From Fidelibacterota bacterium (GTDB taxonomy: Bacteria > Fidelibacterota > Marinisomatia > Marinisomatales > S15-B10): a DNA stretch of 25,699 nt. A program made the translations under genes and the position numbers. The notes below the pieces were generated by a model, which was given only the letters and a program-made list of their open reading frames with translations, ran no database searches and was not told the origin of the DNA. This document shows positions 16,016 through 23,646 of the stretch, one piece after another (the first letter of the stretch is position 1; the number at the start of each line of letters is the position of its first letter). The DNA lies in NCBI GenBank assembly GCA_046861655.1, contig JBHIAI010000010.1:1-25699 (forward strand). The letters are read 5' to 3'.

Positions 16016-17287
16016 ATGAATCGACTGCCATCTTTTTTCGGAGCTGGTTGCTTGCTCGCCCTGGGGCTCCTGGGGAAATCACTCCCGGCCCAGGTGACGG
16101 AGGAAGCGCCCAATATCTATGTGGATTGTTTCTGGTGCGACGAGGATTTTATCCAGATAGAGATACCCTACGTGAACTACGTGCGGGACCGGTATGACGC
16201 CGACATTCACGTCCTGATCACCACCCAGGGGACAGGAAGCGGTGGCCGGGAGTACACCCTGGCATTCCTCGGAAGAAACGTCTTCGAAACCATCAGCGAT
16301 ACCCTCGTGGTCACTGCCGACGAGACCGACTCAGAGGACCTCATCCGTCAGGACCTGGTTCGGGTGTTGAAACTGGGGTTGGTTCCCTATCTTTCCAGGA
16401 CCCCTTTGGCGAAGAATCTTTCCGTTTCATTCATCGAAGATTCTGAACAGCCGCGGGTGGCAGTACAGGATAAATGGAAAAGCTGGGTATTCAGCGTTCG
16501 TCTTCGTTCAAACCTGAACGGTGAACAGCTGTATAAATCCACCTACCTGTCCGGTTCTCTCAGTGCCCGGAGAGTGACAGAAGACTGGAAGATTTCCGTG
16601 TCAGCCAGCGGCAGCTATGATGAAGACACCTTCACCTTTGACGACCAGGACTTTTCCAGTATTTCAAGAAGCAACAGTGTGAACGGCTCCATCATTATGT
16701 CCCTGACAGATCACTGGTCCGTGGGTTTGTGGGGATTCGCCTACTCTTCCACATACGACAACATTGATTATGCATTGTCCGTTCTGCCCGGCATTGAATA
16801 CAACTACTTTCCGTATTCGGAATCGACTCGCCGGCAGCTCCGCTTCGGGTACAAGGTCACCCCCATCTTCGCAGATTACACGGAGGAAACCATTTATCTA
16901 AAGACTCACGAACGGTTGACGGATCAATCCCTCTCACTCACTCTGGACCTTATTCAGCCGTGGGGCTCGGTGAACACCTCCCTGACGGGGTCGCACTATT
17001 TGCACGATTTGACTAAGAACAGGGTCCGATTGTTTACGGGAGTGTCCCTCAAATTAATCAAGGGGTTGTCTCTAAACTTATACGGAAACGTATCCATGAT
17101 TCGGGATCAGCTGTCGCTGCCACGGGGTGTTGCGACGCTGGAAGAAGTTTTGCTCCGGCGGAAGCAGCTGGAGACTCAGTACGATTACTGGGGATCCGTC
17201 GGGTTCACTTATTCTTTCGGGTCCATATACACGCATGTGGTCAATCCCAGGTTCGGTGGGACAGGGGGGAGGGTCTTCTTTTTCTAG
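16016..17287 (+). CDS. Hypothetical exported protein, probable outer-membrane beta-barrel
   Basis: GAGG SD precedes ATG at 16016, followed by a signal peptide and an N-terminal CxxC (DCFWC). The C-terminal two-thirds has alternating amphipathic, aromatic-rich strands and ends in Phe. Confidence 0.75.
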   Translation: MNRLPSFFGAGCLLALGLLGKSLPAQVTEEAPNIYVDCFWCDEDFIQIEIPYVNYVRDRYDADIHVLITTQGTGSGGREYTLAFLGRNVFETISDTLVVTADETDSEDLIRQDLVRVLKLGLVPYLSRTPLAKNLSVSFIEDSEQPRVAVQDKWKSWVFSVRLRSNLNGEQLYKSTYLSGSLSARRVTEDWKISVSASGSYDEDTFTFDDQDFSSISRSNSVNGSIIMSLTDHWSVGLWGFAYSSTYDNIDYALSVLPGIEYNYFPYSESTRRQLRFGYKVTPIFADYTEETIYLKTHERLTDQSLSLTLDLIQPWGSVNTSLTGSHYLHDLTKNRVRLFTGVSLKLIKGLSLNLYGNVSMIRDQLSLPRGVATLEEVLLRRKQLETQYDYWGSVGFTYSFGSIYTHVVNPRFGGTGGRVFFF

Positions 17288-17353
17288 AAGTCTTACCCTT
17301 GTCTCGTACCGATTCCGGGGGTTATTTTTTCACAAACTGGGGGGAGAAAGGTA

Positions 17354-18196
17354 ATGACTGGAGTACTGAATGTTGACTACGAATCGGCGGAGTGCGCTGA
17401 AGTTTTCACCCGTTCTCTTAGGGAAACCGGATTCGCCGTCCTGACCCATCATCCCGTTGAGGCGTCTTTGGTTCGGCGCGTGTACGGCGACTGGGAGTCG
17501 TTTTTCGCCTCGAAAGGCAAATTCGATTACCTGTTTGACAAGGACAAGCAGGACGGGTATTTTCCCTTTCTGTCTGAGAATGCCAAAGGGTATTCGGTCA
17601 AGGACCTCAAGGAGTTCTACCATGTGTATCCCTGGGGGAAGTACCCCACGGAAATCAGTGATCAGACCCGGGTTCTCTATGACAAGCTCGTGACACTGGC
17701 AGGGAAACTCCTTGAGTGGGTGGAGGAACACACCCCCAGGGACGTGAAAAAAGGCTTTTCCATGCCCCTTACGGAAATGATTGACGACAGTTCGAGAAAT
17801 CTACTCAGGGTCATCCACTATCCCCCTCTTACCGGGGAGGAAGAGGAGGGGGCTATCCGGGCCGCTCCCCATGAAGATATCAACCTCCTGACCTTGCTGG
17901 TGGCCGGCACGGAGCCGGGGTTGCAGGTTCAGGACGTGGAGGGCAACTGGCATGATGTTTCCTGCGATTACGGTACCGTTGCGGTCAATACAGGGGATAT
18001 GCTGCAGATGTGTTCTGGTGGGTTCTACCCCTCCACCACCCACCGGGTTGTGAATCCTCCCAGCGGCGGGGCGAATCGATCCCGGTACTCCATGCCCATG
18101 TTTCTTCACGCCCGGGACGAAGTGTGGCTGTCGGATACTCACACGGCAGGCACTTATCTCCAGGAGCGCCTCAAGGAAATCGGGCTGAAACCGTGA
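17354..18196 (+). CDS. 2-oxoglutarate/Fe(II)-dependent oxygenase, isopenicillin N synthase-like family
   Basis: GFAVLTHH (DIOX_N), the HxD...H triad (HEDINLLT...STTHRV) and RYS 2OG-binding motif. An SD-like GGAGAAAGG precedes the ATG. Confidence 0.92.
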   Translation: MTGVLNVDYESAECAEVFTRSLRETGFAVLTHHPVEASLVRRVYGDWESFFASKGKFDYLFDKDKQDGYFPFLSENAKGYSVKDLKEFYHVYPWGKYPTEISDQTRVLYDKLVTLAGKLLEWVEEHTPRDVKKGFSMPLTEMIDDSSRNLLRVIHYPPLTGEEEEGAIRAAPHEDINLLTLLVAGTEPGLQVQDVEGNWHDVSCDYGTVAVNTGDMLQMCSGGFYPSTTHRVVNPPSGGANRSRYSMPMFLHARDEVWLSDTHTAGTYLQERLKEIGLKP

Positions 18197-18361
18197 TCTG
18201 GCAGTATCCAGCAGGCGGACGGAGGACTCATTCCGGAGGAACTTCTTACCCCGGAGGGTCTGCTCAGGGGGAATGGAACCGGACGATGAACCGGGATTTC
18301 TCGTCGGGAAATTGCTTGGAAGGTCAGCAGCAAATGTGATAAATTGCTGTACGTGAACAAC

Positions 18362-18994
18362 ATGGGAAGACCTCGCGGGTGTTATCTGTCTGTTTTCTTT
18401 GGACTTTTCTTTCTCGTCCCCCCCTTACTCAGATCATCGCCGGACTCATCCCGCATGGCCCGGAATTTCCGGGAGGTCACCTACGGGATCACCGTGGAAT
18501 CGGAGAGTCACGGGTCGGCCCTGGGTGGGTTCTATTGGTTTCGCCTCACTCCCAGCTTTCGGGGCCTGGTCCAGGGAAAGATACTGAATGTGGCCGAAGG
18601 CCTGCCCCTGGTGGATGCCTGGACCGGCCGGGTGTATGAAACGGGGGGTGCCAATCTGGTTCTCGTTCCGGTTATCGGGGGTGTGACCTACCATCCTTTC
18701 GAAGGCAAGATTGCCAACAATTTCAGTCCGCTGTTGATCCTGGGATTGGGACCCACCCTCATTCTCGATCTGGCCGAAGAAGGGACCTTTTTCGAACAGT
18801 GGGGAAACATGGAGACCCGGGTGTACCCCGGCGCGTTCACAGGGATGGGTGTTGAACTTCCCATCGGAGCCAGGTCCTTCATGACCATAATCCTGGGGTA
18901 CGATATTCTTCCCATGGGCAAGACCGTGGATGGTCGAAAACACTTTAGCGGGACCGTTCTGAAGTTCATGTATGGAAGGCGAACGAAACGGTGA
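18362..18994 (+). CDS. Hypothetical exported protein, possible small outer-membrane beta-barrel
   Basis: Signal-like N-terminus and Gly/aromatic-rich beta-strand pattern. The stop overlaps the rsmE start (GTGA). The start is uncertain (18344 TTG or 18362 ATG). Confidence 0.65.
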   Translation: MGRPRGCYLSVFFGLFFLVPPLLRSSPDSSRMARNFREVTYGITVESESHGSALGGFYWFRLTPSFRGLVQGKILNVAEGLPLVDAWTGRVYETGGANLVLVPVIGGVTYHPFEGKIANNFSPLLILGLGPTLILDLAEEGTFFEQWGNMETRVYPGAFTGMGVELPIGARSFMTIILGYDILPMGKTVDGRKHFSGTVLKFMYGRRTKR

Positions 18995-19728
18995 CCTCAG
19001 AAAGCCATCATTTTGTCGTCCGCCCGGAAGATATTGAGGGCGGGGACCGGTTCAGGTTGAACGGTGAGGAAGCCCATCACCTGTCCCGTTCGGCCCGCCT
19101 AAAGGTGGGGGACGAGGTTTTTCTCCTGGATGGCAGGGGGAATGCCCGCCTGGGCACCATAGACCGAATGGAGGCCGGGGAAGTTTCCGGGACGATCCTC
19201 GAAACCCTGCCCCAGTATCATGAATCGGCTGTAAGGATTCACCTGGGGCTCGGCAACCTGAAGGGGTCCAGATTGACCATGGTGGTGGAAAAGGGGACGG
19301 AGCTTGGGATCCGATCGCTCACCGTTTTGGTCATGCGATACGGGGTGAAAAAGGGTGTCAACCTGGAAAGATTGGACCGGGTAGCTCTCGCAGCCATGAA
19401 GCAGTGTGGAAGGGGGCGTGTGCCCGAGTTGACCGCTTCCCAAACCTACGAGGAATGGTGCGCTAACCTTCCTCCCCAGCAGTCCATGGTGACTCTGGAT
19501 TCCCCGGACAGCCTGACCCTTCGTGAATGGCTGGACGGGGTGGAATCCTCCGTGTCGGACGTGTGGATTACCGTGGGGCCCGAAGGGGGGTACCATCCGG
19601 AGGAACGCCGTCTGGCCGCCCACCGGGGGATTCCCTTTGTCAGTCTAGGCCCCAGAAGGCTCAGGTCGGAAACTGCGGCCATCGCGGCCGTTGCAGCGTG
19701 TGAAACCTTTTTTTCAGGCCGGGGGTGA
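18991..19728 (+). CDS. rsmE: 16S rRNA m3U1498 methyltransferase
   Basis: EAHHL...RLKVGD, VEKGTELG, AMKQCGR, VGPEGG and SLGPRRLRSETA. Confidence 0.95.
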   Translation: MTSESHHFVVRPEDIEGGDRFRLNGEEAHHLSRSARLKVGDEVFLLDGRGNARLGTIDRMEAGEVSGTILETLPQYHESAVRIHLGLGNLKGSRLTMVVEKGTELGIRSLTVLVMRYGVKKGVNLERLDRVALAAMKQCGRGRVPELTASQTYEEWCANLPPQQSMVTLDSPDSLTLREWLDGVESSVSDVWITVGPEGGYHPEERRLAAHRGIPFVSLGPRRLRSETAAIAAVAACETFFSGRG

Positions 19729-19730
19729 GG

Positions 19731-20075
19731 ATGGCAGATTGTCTTTTCTGCAGGATCAGCGAAGGGGGGGTTCCCTCTGACATCGTGTACGAAACGGACC
19801 GTGTACTGGCCTTCAAGGACATCCATCCCCAGGCGCCTCACCATCTCCTCATCATTCCGAGGAAGCACATTTCCACCCTCAATGATCTCTCTGAGGAGGA
19901 CGCGCCGCTGGTAGGGGAACTGATGCTCACAGCCAAAAAGCTGGCCTCCCAATTGGGAATTGACCGCTCGGGATACCGGACGGTGTTTAACTGCAACGCC
20001 GACGCGGGCCAGGCGGTTTTTCATGTTCATCTCCATCTGCTTGGCGGAAGGCGCATGTCCTGGCCCCCGGGTTGA
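19731..20075 (+). CDS. hinT: Histidine triad (HIT) nucleotide-binding protein
   Basis: CLFC, AFKDIHPQAPHH, GQAVFHVHLHLLGGR and a C-terminal WPPG. ATG is at 19731. Confidence 0.95.
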   Translation: MADCLFCRISEGGVPSDIVYETDRVLAFKDIHPQAPHHLLIIPRKHISTLNDLSEEDAPLVGELMLTAKKLASQLGIDRSGYRTVFNCNADAGQAVFHVHLHLLGGRRMSWPPG

Positions 20076-20089
20076 GGAAACCTGGAGCG

Positions 20090-23000
20090 ATGCATATCTC
20101 TCAACTCTCCCTTCACGGGTTCAAGTCCTTCGCAAAAACGGAAAAACTGATGTTTCATGAGGGAATTACTGCAGTGGTGGGACCGAACGGGTGTGGCAAG
20201 ACCAATATCGTGGATGCCATTCGCTGGGTCCTGGGGGAGCAAAAGTACAGCCTCCTGCGGGGGACCCGGATAGACGATATCATATTCAACGGGTCTGAGG
20301 CGAAGAAACCTTTGAACGTATGCCAGGTGAGTCTCTTGATTCATAACACCAAGGGAAAGCTTCCCGTCGAATACACCGATGTTGAAATCTCGAGGCGGGC
20401 CTTCAGGGATGGGGAAAGCGAATACATGATCAATCGCACGCCCTGCCGCCTCAAGGATATTCAGAACCTGTTCATCGATACCGGTATGGGGGCGGACGCG
20501 TATTCAGTGATTGAGCTGAAGATGATTGAGGATATCCTGAGTGACAGCGCGGATGACCGCCGCAGGATGTTCGAAGAGGCCGCTGGTGTCAATCAGTACA
20601 AGCGCCAGCGCAGGACCGCCCTCAACCGTCTGGAAGCAACCCGGGGAGACCTGGACCGCGTTACCGACATTATCCTGGAGGTGGAAAAGCAGGTGGATGC
20701 CCTACGGCTCCAGCTCAAGCGCTTCGACCGCCACCACCGTCTAACCGGAAAGATCCAAGAGCGGGAGCTCCAACTGGCCTTCCTGAAAAAGCGGGAAATC
20801 GTGAAGAAGCTAAGGCCTCTCCAGGGGCGAATATCCGACTACGAAAGGCAGCGTTCCACCCGGCTTGACGAGGAAAAAGGACGGGAAGCCCATCTGGAGG
20901 AGTTGCAGAAAGCCTACCGGAACCAGCAGCAAGAGCTGTCCCAGGTTGAGAAAGACCTTGACGACCTGGCGGAGAAGAAACAGGATTCCAATAACCGGAT
21001 CCTCATCCTGAAAGAGCAGATCAAGTCCACTCGCCGAAGCCAGGAACGGCTCCAGGTAGAGCTGGAGGAGAACCGGGAGAGGAAAAAGTCGCTCGAGTCG
21101 CAGAAAAAGGAACTTGACCTCGAGCTGGAAAACCTCGCCCCCCGGATAGAACAGAAGAGCTCAGGGTATGAGAAAGCCAGGAGGGACCTGACCCATAAGG
21201 AGAAAGATCTGGAGGATAAGGAGATCCGCCTGGAGCACCTGAGGTCCCGCCGCCTTGAACACCTCAAAATGGTAAATTCCACCCGGTCCAACCTGGAACG
21301 GACCCAGGAGATCCTGGATGAGAAGGGATCCCGTCTTGCCGACCTGGAGACCCGGGTTCAGGAGCTGGAAGGTCATCTGAAGGAGCAGGAATCCTCCCAG
21401 AAGGAGCTGGAGAAAGAAAAAAAGGAGCTCCAGAGGGCTATCGCCCGGAACCGGAAGGAGTTGGAAAAACTGGATACCCGACTGGAAGACCACCGTACCG
21501 AGAAGCACGGGTTGGGCCTCGAGTTTCACCGTATTGCCAATCAGGTGGAGACTCTGGAGTCGCAGTTGCAGTTTTACCGGGAGATCATGGAAAGCAGGGA
21601 AGGCTACCCTTCCGGCGTGAGACATGTCCTCGGTCATCGTGAGGATTTCCCCGATGTTCTGGGGGCAGTGGCCGACCTTATGGATGTGAAAGAGGAGTAC
21701 CGTCCGGCGGTGGAAGCCGGTCTGGGTCCTCTGGCCCGCTGTCTGGTGTGCAGGACCCGCAAGGGTGCTCTGAAGGTCCTGGACGACCTGGACGCCCTGG
21801 GAATGGGAAGTGTTTCCCTTATTCCCCTGGATACACTTTCGGGGATGAAGGGCCCTTCGGTCCGTCCTGGGACTGGGATTCCCGCCACGGACGTTGTGAC
21901 CCCCCACAAGGATGCAGAATCCCTAGTCCCCGTTATTCTGGGGGATTTGGTGATCGTGGAGGACGCCTCATCTGCCCAGGCCCTGTTGAAGGCGAAGGGG
22001 TTTGCAGGCAGTATCGCCGATCTTTCCGGGCGCTACTACGATCGAAAGGGCTTCATCAGGAGCTTGAAGGGCGAAGGAGAAGTGAGCGTTCTGGGACGAA
22101 AGGAGAAGATCGACGATCTGGACAAGGCCATCGACAAATGGATTTCCAAAGGGAACAGAATCCAGGAAAAACTGACGAAACTGTCAGAGGAACTGGAGCA
22201 CCTGGAAAAACGGTACCGGGACCTCTCGGAGGACCTTGGCAGGGACATTGATCAGATGGCCGACCTGGAGAAAAGAATCGCCCACAACGAATTTGCGATT
22301 TCCCAGGGGGTGGAATCCCTGAAAGGGTTTACGCACGAGACGGTTCTCACCCGTAAGGAGAGTCTTGGACTGAAGAAAAACCTGGATAGGCTGGTGCCCA
22401 GATTGAAAGAACTGGAAGAGCAGAACAGTACCTACGAAACCAAGATCGGGGAGGCCAAGGTTGAGGTGGAAAAGGGGAAGAAGGAAGTGGATGACGTTAG
22501 CAGTGCAGTTCAACAGATGCGGCTGGACCTGATCAATCTGGAGAACGACAGGGACAATCTTGAGTACAGATTGGAGACCGTGGAAGAGAGCACCAGGCAG
22601 CTGGACATCCGGAAGGGGCAGCTAAGGGAAGAAACGGATGGCAACGTCAGGGAAATCGAACGGCTGAGCGGGGAGCTCGAGGAGGAGGAAAAGGCTCTGC
22701 TCCAGTGGACGGCCCTGTACCGGAAGCAGAAGTCGCTGAAAGACCTGAAGGCGGAAGCCCTTCAGGAGTCCTTCGATCAGATAGAAGGGATCCAGGCCGA
22801 GATTCGCCGGGAGCAGCGGGAGCGGGATCAGGTGGTTGAAGAACTCAAGAAGACCGAACTTGAGCTTTCTGATTACCGGGGCCGTCTGGAAAGTTTGGAG
22901 GAACGGATTGAGGAAAAATACAGGAGGGAGATTCCCGATGCCATGGATGTGTCGCTAACCCAGGAGGAGCTCTCGCTGGAAATCGACAGAATGGAGCGGA

Positions 23001-23605
23001 GTATCGAACGGATCGGGCCCATCAATATGGCGGTCAAAGAGGAATATGAGGAGGAAAGCCAGCGCCTCGATTTTCTCCAGAAACAGAGGAAGGACCTCCT
23101 GGAATCCGAGGACGATCTCCTGGAAACGGTCCGCAAAATAGACAAAGCGGCCCGACGGCAATTCCTCGAAAGCTTTGAGAAGATCCGGAAGAACTTTCAG
23201 AAGACTTTCACCCTCTTCTTTGAGGGAGGGGAGGGTGATCTGGAACTCAGGGGCGACGACGATCCCCTGGAAGCAGATATCACCATTCATGTGAGGCCGC
23301 CCGGGAAACGGACCCGGCATCTCAGAATGCTCTCCTCCGGAGAGAAAGCCCTCTCCGCCATTGCCCTGTTGTTTGCCATCTATCAGGTAAAGCCCAGTCC
23401 TTTCTGCATCCTGGACGAGGTGGATGCTCCCCTGGACGACCACAACATCCGCAAATTCACCCGGGCACTCAACGAATTCTCCCGGGAGACCCAGTTCATC
23501 ATCGTCACCCATAACAAGTTGACCATGGAATCGGCCAAGTACCTGTACGGCATCACCATGGAACAGTCGGGCGTATCCAAGATCGTGTCGGTGAAATTCG
23601 ACTGA
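20090..23605 (+). CDS. smc: Chromosome segregation ATPase SMC
   Basis: GFKSF, Walker A GPNGCGKT, long coiled coils, central hinge (VLGAVADL), GPINM, signature LSSGE, Walker B/D-loop ILDEVDAPLD and QFIIVTH. GGAG SD precedes ATG at 20090. Confidence 0.97.
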   Translation: MHISQLSLHGFKSFAKTEKLMFHEGITAVVGPNGCGKTNIVDAIRWVLGEQKYSLLRGTRIDDIIFNGSEAKKPLNVCQVSLLIHNTKGKLPVEYTDVEISRRAFRDGESEYMINRTPCRLKDIQNLFIDTGMGADAYSVIELKMIEDILSDSADDRRRMFEEAAGVNQYKRQRRTALNRLEATRGDLDRVTDIILEVEKQVDALRLQLKRFDRHHRLTGKIQERELQLAFLKKREIVKKLRPLQGRISDYERQRSTRLDEEKGREAHLEELQKAYRNQQQELSQVEKDLDDLAEKKQDSNNRILILKEQIKSTRRSQERLQVELEENRERKKSLESQKKELDLELENLAPRIEQKSSGYEKARRDLTHKEKDLEDKEIRLEHLRSRRLEHLKMVNSTRSNLERTQEILDEKGSRLADLETRVQELEGHLKEQESSQKELEKEKKELQRAIARNRKELEKLDTRLEDHRTEKHGLGLEFHRIANQVETLESQLQFYREIMESREGYPSGVRHVLGHREDFPDVLGAVADLMDVKEEYRPAVEAGLGPLARCLVCRTRKGALKVLDDLDALGMGSVSLIPLDTLSGMKGPSVRPGTGIPATDVVTPHKDAESLVPVILGDLVIVEDASSAQALLKAKGFAGSIADLSGRYYDRKGFIRSLKGEGEVSVLGRKEKIDDLDKAIDKWISKGNRIQEKLTKLSEELEHLEKRYRDLSEDLGRDIDQMADLEKRIAHNEFAISQGVESLKGFTHETVLTRKESLGLKKNLDRLVPRLKELEEQNSTYETKIGEAKVEVEKGKKEVDDVSSAVQQMRLDLINLENDRDNLEYRLETVEESTRQLDIRKGQLREETDGNVREIERLSGELEEEEKALLQWTALYRKQKSLKDLKAEALQESFDQIEGIQAEIRREQRERDQVVEELKKTELELSDYRGRLESLEERIEEKYRREIPDAMDVSLTQEELSLEIDRMERSIERIGPINMAVKEEYEEESQRLDFLQKQRKDLLESEDDLLETVRKIDKAARRQFLESFEKIRKNFQKTFTLFFEGGEGDLELRGDDDPLEADITIHVRPPGKRTRHLRMLSSGEKALSAIALLFAIYQVKPSPFCILDEVDAPLDDHNIRKFTRALNEFSRETQFIIVTHNKLTMESAKYLYGITMEQSGVSKIVSVKFD

Positions 23606-23646
23606 GGTCATTGCGTATTTCCTGAAAGCTTCTTAAGGTTACCCAG

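Noticed and set aside
17288..17335. Possible intrinsic terminator before the T-run near 17325-17330
   Set aside because: There is no convincing compact GC stem immediately before the T-run.
18197..18327. Possible structured ncRNA or riboswitch in the intergenic gap
   Set aside because: Only 5-7 bp alternative pairings are present, as expected by chance at this GC content. I recognised no cobalamin, SAM or other riboswitch consensus. An Infernal/Rfam scan would settle it.
20700..23100. Repetitive GAG/AAG/CTGGA-rich sequence
   Set aside because: It reflects Glu/Lys/Leu heptad coiled-coil coding in SMC. There are no fixed-length direct repeats with spacers, so it is not a CRISPR array or tandem repeat.
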